Shown: positions 36,080-45,655, counted from the stretch's first letter. The stretch: DNA of 64,000 bases from Candidatus Shapirobacteria bacterium (GCA_020059745.1 JAGVBK010000004.1:26932-90931); one strand, 5' to 3'. Translations and numbers: made by a program. Notes: generated by a model not told the origin, from the sequence alone.

Positions 36080-36475
36080 TTATTTCTTTCTTCTAAAATC
36101 TTCAATCGCTTTTTTGACCGCATCGGCAGCCAGAACAGAGCAGTGCATCTTTGCTTTTGGCAACCCGCCTAAAGCTTCAGCAATGGCTTTATTAGTTAAG
36201 GCAAGTGCCTGGGAAAGAGGTTTACCTTTAATAAGTTCTGTTGCTATCGAACTGGTAGCAATTGCCGCTCCGCAGCCAAGTGTCTGAAACTTAACATCCT
36301 TAATTATTTCTTCACCGTTCTTTTCCTCGACCTTAATAAAAAGCCTCATAATGTCTCCGCACACTCTGTTGCCAACTGTCCCCACACCATCGGGGTTTTT
36401 TATTTCCCCTAGATTTCTTGGATTCTGAAAGTGATCAAGGACTTTTTCTGAATATAAATTACTTAAATCTGACAT
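36080..36475 (-). CDS. nifU: Fe-S cluster assembly scaffold, NifU/IscU N-terminal type
   Basis: Three conserved Cys contexts: NRVCGD, LGCGAAIA and KMHCSVLA. Confidence 0.9.
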   Translation of the reverse strand: MSDLSNLYSEKVLDHFQNPRNLGEIKNPDGVGTVGNRVCGDIMRLFIKVEEKNGEEIIKDVKFQTLGCGAAIATSSIATELIKGKPLSQALALTNKAIAEALGGLPKAKMHCSVLAADAVKKAIEDFRRKK

Positions 36476-36496
36476 AAAATAGCTCTAAATATTAAA

Positions 36497-37672
36497 TCAT
36501 AACTTTGGCGTCATTTTCCTTATATCCTCAATTACCCGGGGAAGCTTTTCCAAAACATAGTCAATATCTTCTTTAGTGGTTTCTCTTCCCAAGGAAAACC
36601 TAACTGAACCATGAGCTTCTTCCGGAGGTATTCCCATTGCCAAAAGAACATGGGAAGGCTTAAGCTCTCCCGAAGTACAGGCCGAACCCGAAGAAGCAGC
36701 AATTCCTTCTTTGTCCAGTCTTAATAAAACCGCCTCGCCTTCAACATCTCTAAAACTGAAAGAGGCAAGGCCCGGAAGCCTTCTTTCCGCATCTCCAGTT
36801 AAAAATACTCCCGGAATTTTTTCCAATACCCCCTTAATAAGCCGATCTCTTAAAACCGTTACTCTATTTTTGTTTTCTTCTTTTTCTTTTGAAGCAAGCT
36901 CAAAAGCTTTTGCTGCTCCCACAATTAAAGGCACTGCTTCCGTACCCGGACATAAACCAAATTCCTGGTGGCCACCAAAGTAAAGCGGGCTTAAGCTGAC
37001 ATCTTTTTTAACATACAAAACACCAACCCCTTTTGGCCCGCCAAACTTGTGCGGACCTAAGCTTAACAAATCCACTTTCAGCCTTTTAACATCAAGAGGT
37101 AAATATTCAAAAAATGCAGCGGCGTCGGTATGGAAATAAACCCGCCAGTCTTTTTTGCCTTTATTAAAGGCATTTATTATTTCTCCGATTTCTTCGACCG
37201 GCTCAATGGTCCCCACCTCGTTGTTGGCAGACATAACGGAAACCAAAAGGGTTTTTGTTCTTAAGGCCTCTTCTAAAGCTTTAAGGTTAACCTGTCCTTC
37301 CTGGTTAACCGGAAGATAGGAAACTCGGTAACCTCTTTTTTCTAGAGTAATGAAAGTGTCTAAAACCGCATGATGCTCAATTTCGGAGGTTATAAGCTGG
37401 CCAACTTTTTCAGGAAACCTGCCGGTTAAGCCCAATATTGCCAGATTATCGCTTTCAGTAATTGAGCCGGTAAAAACAATCTCTTCCGTCTCGGCATTAA
37501 GAATAGAGGCGATTTTTTCTCTCGCTTCTTCAACCGCAATTCTTGCTTCCTTGCCAAAAGAATGAAGGCTTGAGGCATTGCCAAACTTTTCCCCCCAGTA
37601 AGGCCTCATTGCCTCAACAACTTCAGGCCTTACTGGAGTCGTTGCCGCGTAATCAAGGTATACCTTATCCAC
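36497..37672 (-). CDS. nifS: cysteine desulfurase NifS/IscS
   Basis: PLP-lysine context SLGPHKFGGPKGVG and the active-site loop SSGSACTS. Confidence 0.92.
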   Translation of the reverse strand: MDKVYLDYAATTPVRPEVVEAMRPYWGEKFGNASSLHSFGKEARIAVEEAREKIASILNAETEEIVFTGSITESDNLAILGLTGRFPEKVGQLITSEIEHHAVLDTFITLEKRGYRVSYLPVNQEGQVNLKALEEALRTKTLLVSVMSANNEVGTIEPVEEIGEIINAFNKGKKDWRVYFHTDAAAFFEYLPLDVKRLKVDLLSLGPHKFGGPKGVGVLYVKKDVSLSPLYFGGHQEFGLCPGTEAVPLIVGAAKAFELASKEKEENKNRVTVLRDRLIKGVLEKIPGVFLTGDAERRLPGLASFSFRDVEGEAVLLRLDKEGIAASSGSACTSGELKPSHVLLAMGIPPEEAHGSVRFSLGRETTKEDIDYVLEKLPRVIEDIRKMTPKL

Positions 37673-37677
37673 CTGTC

Positions 37678-37944
37678 CTATGCTCCAAAACAGCTCCCCC
37701 CCTCAGGGCAAAGCAGTTTAACACGATAATAAACTTCCCGACCTTCTTTTCTGCTGGCCAGCAATCCTTCTCCCTTCATCTCCTTGAGATGATAGGAAAC
37801 TGTTGGCTGTTTTAACTTCATTATTCTGGTAATATCAGCCACTGTTTTTTCGCCGTGGGTATAAAGGTACTCATAGATCTTCCTCCGCGAAGGGTCCGAC
37901 ATCTGGGGAATTGCAAACGGGCAATGAACATCAATATTAGTCAT
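37678..37944 (-). CDS. ArsR/SmtB-family transcriptional regulator
   Basis: 88-aa winged HTH (RRKIYEYLYTHGEKTVADITRIMKLKQPTVSYHLKEM). It is the first gene of the nifS-nifU operon. Confidence 0.8.
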   Translation of the reverse strand: MTNIDVHCPFAIPQMSDPSRRKIYEYLYTHGEKTVADITRIMKLKQPTVSYHLKEMKGEGLLASRKEGREVYYRVKLLCPEGGSCFGA

Positions 37945-38017
37945 ATTTATAGATGATAATCTATACTTTAATTGCCTGTCAAGAGGGAATTTAACTATTT
38001 TTGCTAGAATATGCTAA

Positions 38018-38791
38018 ATGAGCACACAAATCTCAGTAATCATTCCTGCTTACAATGAAGAAAAAAATATCAAAAAATGTCTTCAGTCATTAAAAGCCCA
38101 AACATTCCCTGAAAATAATTTTGAGATTATTTTGATTGACAACAACTGCCAGGATAAAACAGTGGAAATTGCTTCATCGTTTAAGGTAAGGGTAATTAAA
38201 GAGAAAAAACAAGGCATAACTTACGCCCGGATTAAAGGTATCAACAATAGTCTTGCGCCGATTGTCGCTTTCCTTGACGCCGACAGCTCGGTTAACCCTA
38301 ATTGGCTTGATTTTATATACCAAACATTAAGCAAAACCCCGAAGCTGGTCGGCATTGGTTTTGAAGGCAATCTTGAACCTAAAAACAGACTGGTCAAAAT
38401 TGCGGAAAGTTTTCTTCACTGGTTTTATTTTATCAATCCAGTTATGCCCGGGTATTGTTTTTCCTTTAAAAAAGAAGTTTATTTCGCCTGCGGCGGGTTT
38501 AAGCCTGAAGTAAAATTCGGAGAAGATGTTTTTATTTCAAAAAAACTTAAAAGATTCGGCAAAATTATGGTTAAACCCGGTTTTGTAACCACTTCGTCGC
38601 GGCGTTACCTTAATTTCCTCTCTTTAATAAACTATGCTTACAAAACCATTATCTCTTTTATTGCCATTACTCTTTTTGATAAGTCACCGGTAGAACTGAA
38701 AGCTTTTTCCAAAGAAAAATTCCAATTAAACCTTCTTAAAAACAAGAATTTCCCTGGAAACAGTTTGACCGGGCCTGAAGAAAATAACTGA
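38018..38791 (+). CDS. family 2 glycosyltransferase
   Basis: VIIPAYNEE and FLDADS (the DxD-type motif). Confidence 0.85.
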   Translation: MSTQISVIIPAYNEEKNIKKCLQSLKAQTFPENNFEIILIDNNCQDKTVEIASSFKVRVIKEKKQGITYARIKGINNSLAPIVAFLDADSSVNPNWLDFIYQTLSKTPKLVGIGFEGNLEPKNRLVKIAESFLHWFYFINPVMPGYCFSFKKEVYFACGGFKPEVKFGEDVFISKKLKRFGKIMVKPGFVTTSSRRYLNFLSLINYAYKTIISFIAITLFDKSPVELKAFSKEKFQLNLLKNKNFPGNSLTGPEENN

Positions 38792-40006
38792 ATATCTTTG
38801 GGTTAGGTTAAGATTCAGCTTTTCCCAGCCTTCTGGTTTTTTAAAAAGATAATCTATTTTTTCAAAACCCATTTTTTTAAGTTCGTCCATTATTCCCAAG
38901 CTAAAAAATTCACTTTTAAAACGAAAAACAGGAAAGATAATGACAACACCCCCCCCATCTTTAAGGATTTTTCTAAACTCTAAAAATGCTTTAAGATAAA
39001 GCTCCTCAAGCTTTTTTATTTCTTTCTTTACTTTTCCCAAGTCAAAAGATCTTGCCATAGGCGAGCCTAAATAGGGCTCGGTAACAATTGCGCTTACGGT
39101 TTTGAAGTTTACTTTTGAAGAGATTTTAGTAACATCAGCTTGAAAAAGCTCAATCTTAAAGTCTTTTTTATTAAGATTAAACCTGCTAAAAAGCCACTCC
39201 AGGTTAAGCTTGGTATCGTTTATTGATTTTGCGCTTGAATCAGAACCAATCAAATTTTTATAGCCTAAAAGAGAAAGTTCCTGAAGCATGGTGCCGCTGC
39301 CGCAAAAGGGGTCCAGAAAAAGTTCTTTTTTTTCTTTGCCCGCCAGGTTAATCATCATTTTAGCAAGCTTTGGCGGAACCATTCCCGCCTTAGGATCTCT
39401 TGCCGGCCGACCGTAATCTCTTAAGCTATAGCTTTCATAATCCTGAACTATCTCTGTTTTACCAAGGTAAACACCTTCTTTGGCAGAAAACAAAACCATC
39501 TCAAAGCCTTCAGAAAGAAGATTGTGTTCTTTTACGGCCACGCTCGAAAACTCTCTTTCTTTGCGGGAAAGATAATTTATATTTATGCCTTCTTCCTCAA
39601 AAAGCGACTTTATCTTTCTTAAACTGGAAGGAACTTGATAAAAAATTTCATTAAGCCTCTTAAACCCGCCCCCTGCGCCGTAAACACTAATACCAAAACG
39701 GTAACTTTCTTTTTTTTGAGGAAGGAAAAATTCTTGAAATTCTTTGCTCTTAACTTCGGCAATAATTTCCTCAACACTTTGCTTTAAGGAAAAAATTCTG
39801 CCAGCCTTAACCACGCTTCCCAATTCTGCCATTAGAAAATTAATCTTAAAACTATCTTTGGTTTCAATTAGAAGCACTTCTTCTGAGGCAGCTAAAATCA
39901 AGAAATCATGTCCTTCTCTGGTAAGGGTATTAACCACATCAATTTTGCATAGCGTGTGGTTGGTTCCTAAAACAAAGAAATATATATTTTTTTCCATCAC
40001 GCTCAT
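38726..40006 (-). CDS. putative RNA (or DNA) methyltransferase, UPF0020/Trm11-like class I SAM enzyme
   Basis: Motif I DPFCGSGTMLQE and motif IV-like VTEPYLG, with an N-terminal non-catalytic domain. It overlaps the 3' end of the convergent GT2 gene by 66 nt. Confidence 0.6.
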   Translation of the reverse strand: MSVMEKNIYFFVLGTNHTLCKIDVVNTLTREGHDFLILAASEEVLLIETKDSFKINFLMAELGSVVKAGRIFSLKQSVEEIIAEVKSKEFQEFFLPQKKESYRFGISVYGAGGGFKRLNEIFYQVPSSLRKIKSLFEEEGININYLSRKEREFSSVAVKEHNLLSEGFEMVLFSAKEGVYLGKTEIVQDYESYSLRDYGRPARDPKAGMVPPKLAKMMINLAGKEKKELFLDPFCGSGTMLQELSLLGYKNLIGSDSSAKSINDTKLNLEWLFSRFNLNKKDFKIELFQADVTKISSKVNFKTVSAIVTEPYLGSPMARSFDLGKVKKEIKKLEELYLKAFLEFRKILKDGGGVVIIFPVFRFKSEFFSLGIMDELKKMGFEKIDYLFKKPEGWEKLNLNLTQRYSVIFFRPGQTVSREILVFKKV

Positions 40007-40022
40007 TTTCCCTCAAACCAGA

Positions 40023-41276
40023 CTAATTAGCAAATCTGTATGCTTTATCTCCTAAAAATCCATTTACTTCGCTTTTAATCATCTTCCCTTTTAAAAGCAC
40101 GGCCGGGTAAACCGTTAGTTCTCCAAATTCCTTATTAACCTTATCCATAGCCCAGGTCAATTTCTCTTTCTTTTGTTCTTCCGGAAAAAGGCTTAAAGTA
40201 AGAATCTTTTTATCGGCAAGAAGCCCCATCCAAACCCCCAAAAACCTGACTGAGCCCGGCCATTTCATTTTCAAAAAAAGCTCCCAAACAATCTCAAAAA
40301 GGTCACTTCCTTTATCAAGAAAGTACCTAACTGTTTTGTGTCTCCCGTCTCCTGTCCTTTCTCCGTTGGCAAGCTCGCCCCTAACGCTCAAACCCACCAT
40401 TCGGCCTGCCATTTTCATTTCTCTTGCTTTAAAAGCAGCTTCCTCGCAAAGATTCCTAAGAGTTGCTTTAATAAGATCAACTTCTTTTGTGTTTTCATAA
40501 AGAGTAAAGGTCCGGGAAACTGATTTTGCCTTGGAAATCTCACCCACCCTGGTAAGAAAAGAGTCATCCTCACCACAAGAAAGCTTTTTAAGCTCCTTGG
40601 CCCAAAAGGGGCCAACTCCTATTTTTAAATTCTCGATAGGAATTTCTCTTAGACTTTTAAAATTGGTTATTCCCATACTAAAAAGCTTTTTTTCCAAACG
40701 ATGGCCCAAACCACAAACATCGGAAAGTTTGGCTTTAAACAAAACCTTGTCTCGATTTTCAGGAGTGATTGCAAAAACCCCATTTGGCTTATTTATAGGC
40801 GAAGCTAGTTTTGCCAATAATCGGTTATAAGAAATGCCAATAGAACAAGTAATGTGTTCACCAACTTCTCTTTTTAAGTCTTCTTTTATTTTCTGACAAA
40901 TACCCGAAACTCCACTAAAAAAAGCTTGCGTTTGGGTAACATTCAAAAAAAGCTCGTCAATGGAAAAGACTTCTAAATCCGGAGAGTAACGGGAACAAAT
41001 CTCAATAAATCTTTTGGTTACTGAATAGTATTTATCAAAATCCGAAGGAACCAAAGCAATTCCTGGGCAAATTTTTTTAGCCTCATAAGAAGAAGTCCCT
41101 GTTTTTATGCCAATTTTTTTAGCTTCTTTAGAAGCAGCAATAATACAGCTCCTGCCCTCGCCTTTAATTATTCCCACTGGCCTACCTGCCAAGGCTGGGT
41201 TAGCCTGCTGTTCAACAGAGGCAAAAAAAGAATCCATGTCCAGATGCAAAATAATTGGCATAAACTTAAAACTCAA
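40023..41276 (-). CDS. dinB: DNA polymerase IV (Y-family)
   Basis: ILHLDMDSFFASVEQ and SIDELFLNV catalytic motifs, plus a little-finger domain. Confidence 0.92.
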   Translation of the reverse strand: MSFKFMPIILHLDMDSFFASVEQQANPALAGRPVGIIKGEGRSCIIAASKEAKKIGIKTGTSSYEAKKICPGIALVPSDFDKYYSVTKRFIEICSRYSPDLEVFSIDELFLNVTQTQAFFSGVSGICQKIKEDLKREVGEHITCSIGISYNRLLAKLASPINKPNGVFAITPENRDKVLFKAKLSDVCGLGHRLEKKLFSMGITNFKSLREIPIENLKIGVGPFWAKELKKLSCGEDDSFLTRVGEISKAKSVSRTFTLYENTKEVDLIKATLRNLCEEAAFKAREMKMAGRMVGLSVRGELANGERTGDGRHKTVRYFLDKGSDLFEIVWELFLKMKWPGSVRFLGVWMGLLADKKILTLSLFPEEQKKEKLTWAMDKVNKEFGELTVYPAVLLKGKMIKSEVNGFLGDKAYRFAN

Positions 41277-41379
41277 AATTCTAAACTCTAAATAATTTCA
41301 AAAATCAAATTTTAAATGTCAAAATTTTTGATTTTAAACATTTGAGTTTATTTAGGGTTTTGTGTTTGGTGTTTAGTGT

Positions 41380-41619
41380 TTAAAATATCTTCGTTATTTC
41401 CCAAGAAAATTTCTGTTGATTAAAAGCAAGCTCAAATACCGCATTTCCAGTATCAACTGAAAAGTAAGTAATTTTATCGCTGCCAATGTTTTTGGAGTAA
41501 ATAAAAACAGTTTGAAGAATTTTATAGTTCCGGTTGCGCCAGGAAAAAACAAAGGGTTTAATTCTTCCGTTTTCAAAGAGACAAACTACCCTGACTTTTT
41601 CGTTGATCTTTGTATCCAT
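41380..41619 (-). CDS. hypothetical 79-aa protein upstream of dinB
   Basis: Intact ORF in the same direction as dinB and the desulforedoxin gene. No motif recognised. Confidence 0.5.
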   Translation of the reverse strand: MDTKINEKVRVVCLFENGRIKPFVFSWRNRNYKILQTVFIYSKNIGSDKITYFSVDTGNAVFELAFNQQKFSWEITKIF

Positions 41620-41661
41620 AGACCAACTTTAACCGAAGAAAACCCGAAAAGTCAAGTACTT

Positions 41662-41823
41662 TTAAACCGGAATTTCGTCGTCAACCGGCTTTTGTTCAGT
41701 AGCGCCAAAAAGACTCATTTCCTGACCGCAACAAAATAAACTTCCTCTGCCAACTTTTATGACCTTTACCTCATTGCCGCAAACGTTGCAGCGGTAATGC
41801 TCACCAACGGTCTTAACTGCCAT
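41662..41823 (-). CDS. desulforedoxin-type rubredoxin-like protein (53 aa)
   Basis: Below the ORF-track cutoff. GGAGG lies 5 nt upstream of ATG 41823. MAVKTVGEHYRCNVCGNEVKVIKVGRGSLFCCGQEM matches the desulforedoxin CxxC...CC pattern. Confidence 0.8.
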   Translation of the reverse strand: MAVKTVGEHYRCNVCGNEVKVIKVGRGSLFCCGQEMSLFGATEQKPVDDEIPV

Positions 41824-41865
41824 AAACACCTCCTTTAAAGGATTGTAACCAAAAGGATAGCTCTA

Positions 41866-41898
41866 GTCAAAAAAACAGGTAGCCTTAAGGCTACCTGT
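41866..41898 (-). terminator. rho-independent terminator after the KGG gene
   Basis: Perfect 24-nt palindrome acaggtagccttaaggctacctgt (41875-41898), followed on the minus strand by TTTTTTT. Confidence 0.8.
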
Positions 41899-41919
41899 TA
41901 AAGGAGACAGCAACTTTTT

Positions 41920-42066
41920 TTATTTGTTTTTATTATTGTTGTATTTTCTGCTTCTGGCCAGTCCGCCTTTTCGGCCTGCTTCAGCATGAGCTTTTGGGTT
42001 GCCAAACCAACCTCTGCCCCGGGGTGTTTGATTATCCATCATTTGCACATCGTCTTTATCTGCCAT
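41920..42066 (-). CDS. KGG-motif small stress protein (YciG/GsiB-like, 48 aa)
   Basis: Below the ORF-track cutoff. The RBS AAGGGGGGTGAT precedes ATG 42066. The translation is MADKDDVQMMDNQTPRGRGWFGNPKAHAEAGRKGGLARSRKYNNNKNK. Confidence 0.7.
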   Translation of the reverse strand: MADKDDVQMMDNQTPRGRGWFGNPKAHAEAGRKGGLARSRKYNNNKNK

Positions 42067-42139
42067 TTTTATCACCCCCCTTCAAAAATAGATTTTTCAT
42101 TACTAAGCAAAATCTTATTGTGCTTGATTAAGTTAATTG

Positions 42140-42167
42140 CTAAGGATCAGTAAGAGTTTTGTAAGAA
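42140..42167 (-). promoter_or_regulatory. three direct heptamers (TTCTTAC aaaa CTCTTAC tga TCCTTAG on the minus strand), arranged like a Pho box
   Basis: GTAAGAG at 42150-56 and GTAAGAA at 42161-67 are 11 bp apart, and CTAAGGA at 42140-46 is 10 bp further. The site is 83 nt upstream of the KGG gene ATG (42066). It abuts a TTGAAA-17nt-TACGAT promoter (42171-42199) for the response-regulator gene. Confidence 0.5.
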
Positions 42168-42232
42168 AGATTGAAATCGCCTCAAAAATAGCGTACGATA
42201 GCCATGATTAAAAAAATGGAGGGGTAAAAAAA

Positions 42233-42904
42233 ATGGTAAGAAATATACTGGTAATTGAAGACGAAAAAGATCTAAATCGCTACATAAAAGAGCTTCTTAC
42301 CGACAACGGCTATTCGGTCCAGGCAGCCACAAAAGGAACAGAGGCTTTGGAAATCATTAAAAAAACCGAGCCTGATTTAATTATTCTTGACCTAGGTCTT
42401 CCTGATATTGACGGCGAAAACATCTGCCGGCAAATTAAAAAAGAGCACCCTGATCTTCCCATCATTATTCTGACTGCCAAGGACGGAGTTTCCAACATTG
42501 TTCACGGCCTTGATATTGGCGCTGACGATTACATGACCAAACCATTTGACGGCGATGAGCTTTTAGCCCGGATTAAAGCAAGGCTAAGAAAAGTGCCAGG
42601 CTCAGCCGAAAGACTCAAAATTGCTGATCTTGAACTTAACCCCACTAATCACGAAGTTAAAAGAGGCAATAAAATTCTCAGGCTTACACCCCAAGAGTTT
42701 AAATTGCTTCATTATTTAATGGTTAACAAGGGGAGGATTTTAACCAGGGACATGATCTTAAGCCGACTTTGGGATTCTTCTCCCGACATTGAAACCAGGG
42801 TAGTTGATGTTTACATCGGTTACTTAAGAAAGAAAATTGATGTTGATTTTGATAAAAAGCTGCTTTATTCTGTCCGTGGTTTTGGTTATATGATTAAAGA
42901 ATAA
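42233..42904 (+). CDS. OmpR/PhoB-family response regulator (receiver plus winged-helix)
   Basis: Receiver motifs (ILVIEDE, DLIILDLGLPDIDG, LTAKD) and a C-terminal trans_reg_C domain (LTPQEFKLLHYLM...VDVYIGYLRKKI...RGFGY). Confidence 0.92.
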   Translation: MVRNILVIEDEKDLNRYIKELLTDNGYSVQAATKGTEALEIIKKTEPDLIILDLGLPDIDGENICRQIKKEHPDLPIIILTAKDGVSNIVHGLDIGADDYMTKPFDGDELLARIKARLRKVPGSAERLKIADLELNPTNHEVKRGNKILRLTPQEFKLLHYLMVNKGRILTRDMILSRLWDSSPDIETRVVDVYIGYLRKKIDVDFDKKLLYSVRGFGYMIKE

Positions 42905-44157
42905 AGCTCGTCTTTTTTCCTTTCTTTAATCTTAAGCGGCAGAGTTACCCTAAAGATAGAACCTTTGCCCAAAGTGCTCTCAACTTCAATTTTCCCCCGG
43001 TAATAGCGCAGAATTCTTTCCGTAATATAAAGGCCCAAACCTACTCCTGAAGAAGATTTTTTCCCTGAAACTGAGCGGTAAAAGGGCTGGAATACTTTTG
43101 TTTTATCCTCTTTGCTTATGCCAACTCCAAAGTCCTGAACCTCAATCTGAAGACTGCTTTCATCCGAAGAGAGTCTGACAACAACTTTATCAGCTTCCGG
43201 CGAATATTTAACCGCGTTTGAAAGAAGATTATTTATAGCCTGAGTTATTCTGGTTTTATCAGCAAAAATCTTTTTTTGAGTTTGTCCCTCAAGAACAATT
43301 TCATGCCGATGCTCGTCAATGAGACTAGCCTGAAAATCCCTTACAAGTTCTTTTACCAAGCGATCAAAACTAAAAAGCTCGTCGCTAAATTCCATTTTTC
43401 CGGCTCTTAGCCTGGAAAGATCGGTAATGTCGTTTATTATCTTTGTTAAGTGGTTGACTTTTTTGTCAATTTTTTTTAGATAAGAGACTGTCTCGACATC
43501 ACCCCTTTTTTCTAGTTTCTTAATTAAAAGCTGAGAAAAGCCTTTAATCGTGGCCAGTGGATTTTTAAGCTCATGCCCTAAAAAAATGTCTTTTTCCTTT
43601 TCTCTTTCTTTCCTCTCAGAAATATCAACAACATAGCTTATGCCCCTGTAATCCTCTGCTTCAATAAAAGCGCCACCGACTAAAACCGGAACGGTTTGAC
43701 CGTCTTTCCCAAGAAGCTCTTTTTCATAAGGTTTGCAGGAACCGCTTTTTGCCATTTGTCTATAGGCTCTCTCGTCCGCTTCCCAAAATTCAGGCGGAGT
43801 CAGCTCTTTTAAGCTAAACCTTTCTTTAAGAACTTCTTGCCTTTGGTAGCCAAGAATGTTTAAAAAAGCATCATTAAAATCAACAATTTCTTGCTTTTCG
43901 TTCCATAAAACAAGACCGATCATGTTTGACTCGGCAATCACTTTGAATTTTGCCTCACTTTGAGCCAGTCTTTCTTTTAGATAATTTCTCTCTGCAAATT
44001 CTTCTTTTAGAGTTATCTCCTCAACCGTTTTTTCTTTCACAGGCAGTGAAGTGTCAGAAGAAACATATTCTCTTTGGGCAGGTATATTTCTTTTCATTCC
44101 AATTTTCTTTCTAACTAAGCTGATTTTATCATCATTGCAACTTGTAAAAGAAATCAC
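42886..44157 (-). CDS. PAS-domain sensor histidine kinase (cytoplasmic)
   Basis: PAS region, H-box FLGHELKNPLATI, N-box LLSNAVKYS and G-boxes DFGVGI/GLGLYI. It is convergent with the response regulator and overlaps it by 19 nt. Confidence 0.9.
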   Translation of the reverse strand: MISFTSCNDDKISLVRKKIGMKRNIPAQREYVSSDTSLPVKEKTVEEITLKEEFAERNYLKERLAQSEAKFKVIAESNMIGLVLWNEKQEIVDFNDAFLNILGYQRQEVLKERFSLKELTPPEFWEADERAYRQMAKSGSCKPYEKELLGKDGQTVPVLVGGAFIEAEDYRGISYVVDISERKEREKEKDIFLGHELKNPLATIKGFSQLLIKKLEKRGDVETVSYLKKIDKKVNHLTKIINDITDLSRLRAGKMEFSDELFSFDRLVKELVRDFQASLIDEHRHEIVLEGQTQKKIFADKTRITQAINNLLSNAVKYSPEADKVVVRLSSDESSLQIEVQDFGVGISKEDKTKVFQPFYRSVSGKKSSSGVGLGLYITERILRYYRGKIEVESTLGKGSIFRVTLPLKIKERKKDELYSLII

Positions 44158-44233
44158 AGCTTAGCCGTTAAAAAATGAAGTTTCTTTCTGCCTCATTGTC
44201 TTTTTAAGGAATTAAAATTAAGTCGCAGAAAGG

Positions 44234-44251
44234 TAATAATTAGGTAAGAAA
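44234..44251 (-). promoter_or_regulatory. direct heptamer pair TTCTTAC-ctaa-TTATTAC (minus strand)
   Basis: GTAATAA at 44234-40 and GTAAGAA at 44245-51 are in 11-bp register, 76 nt upstream of the kinase ATG (44157). Confidence 0.5.
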
Positions 44252-44252
44252 C

Positions 44253-45059
44253 CTATTTTTCTTTTTTGAGAGATGAAAAAATACCAGTTTTTTTTATTGC
44301 CATATCTAAGCTTTTCTCAAGTTCGCTTTCAATTTCTTGCTCGGGAGTTGGGGCCGGTAGCTCACCCTTAGGCGGAGGCAGACGATCCTGGACCTTCTCC
44401 TCAATCAGGTTTAAAAGATCATCAGTATATGTGTCTTCGTAAAGCTCCGGCCTGAAGGGAATAGTTAAGCTGTCAACCAAACGAAGAGCAGTATCAAGTT
44501 CTTTTAGGGTAATTTCCTCTGACTTGGGAAGATTAAGTTCTTTTTGTTTTTTTATCTCCCAATCAAAACGCATTTGGTTAAGAAAAATTACGTTATCTTC
44601 AGCCTTAAGGATTCCCAGATGCTCTCTTGTTCTTATTACAAATTTGACAACACCAACCTTTTCCGAACGCTTAAGCGCTTCCCTTAAAAGGGCATATGAT
44701 TTTCTGCTCCCCTCCTCAGGTTCCAAAAAATAAGGCTTTTCCAAATACTTGGGATTAATTTCCTCTTCCTTGACAAAGTTCATCACCTCAATAGCTCTTG
44801 TCCGGTAAACATTGGCCCTTTCTAAGTCGTCATCCGTAACAGTCACATATTTTCCTTCTTTATACTCATACCCTCTTACAATATCGCTAAAAGCAACCTC
44901 CTCCCCTGTTTTGGCGCAAACGCGCACATATTGAATCGGACATAAATCTTTTTTTCTTAAAAAGAAAAATCTAAGTTTTTTTTGGTCCGTGGCATTATAA
45001 ATCTTAACCGGTATTCTCACCAAGCCAAAATCAATAAAACCGATTTTGATAGGCTTCAT
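44253..45059 (-). CDS. ku: Ku protein (non-homologous end joining)
   Basis: ORF track 44253..45098, with ATG 45059 preferred. FGLVRIPVKIYNAT and the following beta-barrel core match bacterial Ku. Confidence 0.88.
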   Translation of the reverse strand: MKPIKIGFIDFGLVRIPVKIYNATDQKKLRFFFLRKKDLCPIQYVRVCAKTGEEVAFSDIVRGYEYKEGKYVTVTDDDLERANVYRTRAIEVMNFVKEEEINPKYLEKPYFLEPEEGSRKSYALLREALKRSEKVGVVKFVIRTREHLGILKAEDNVIFLNQMRFDWEIKKQKELNLPKSEEITLKELDTALRLVDSLTIPFRPELYEDTYTDDLLNLIEEKVQDRLPPPKGELPAPTPEQEIESELEKSLDMAIKKTGIFSSLKKEK

Positions 45060-45165
45060 AAAAAAAACCTTATCTTTTAGGCTTAAACCCCAAGTCAAAA
45101 CCTGGTAATAAGAAGGAAAGATTTTACTATTGCATTTAAAAGAAAGTTAAGGTTAAATCTCAATT

Positions 45166-45639
45166 ATGCCTTTAATCGGGTTTTTTGACCAAAAAGACCA
45201 AAAAGAAGTAAATGGATTTATTGACGAAATTTTTTCGGAAATGGGTTGGAAAAAAGATTTTCTTTACGGAACAGAAGACATTGCCTCCTTTTTTAGCGGA
45301 AAAAGGGACGCTTTTTTTGTGGTAAAGGAAAATAACCAAATCACTGGAACCCTGGGCCTCAAAGAACTTGAAAACGGTAAAGGACTTTTAAAAAGGTTTT
45401 ATCTTGACAAAAATTGCCGGGGCCGGGGCGTTGCCCAAGATTTGCTAAAAAAAGCAGTTGAGTTTGCCCGAGAAAAAAGCTATGAAACTCTGGTTTTAGA
45501 CACCCAAGCCGATAACCTAAGGGCCCAAAGATTTTATGAAAAAAGCGGTTTTGTTCCTTTTAACCCTGAACCCAACCAAAAATGGCCTGAGTCGCTTCAT
45601 CCTGATATTTTTGTCTACAGAATGCTTAAACTGTCCTAA
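45166..45639 (+). CDS. GNAT-family N-acetyltransferase
   Basis: Acetyl-CoA motif A: RGRGVAQDLLKKAVEFAREK...RFYEKSGF. Confidence 0.85.
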   Translation: MPLIGFFDQKDQKEVNGFIDEIFSEMGWKKDFLYGTEDIASFFSGKRDAFFVVKENNQITGTLGLKELENGKGLLKRFYLDKNCRGRGVAQDLLKKAVEFAREKSYETLVLDTQADNLRAQRFYEKSGFVPFNPEPNQKWPESLHPDIFVYRMLKLS

Positions 45640-45655
45640 TTTACTAATTTGTTAC
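45638..45655 (+). promoter_or_regulatory. direct heptamer pair AATTTAC-taat-TTGTTAC (weaker motif member)
   Basis: 11-bp register, 38 nt upstream of the BON gene start at 45694. Confidence 0.35.

Noticed and set aside
45105-45122. GTAATAA-gaag-GAAAGAT upstream of Ku and the GNAT gene as another regulon site
   Set aside because: The second heptamer lacks the TAC/GTA core. It is at best a half-site and was not counted.
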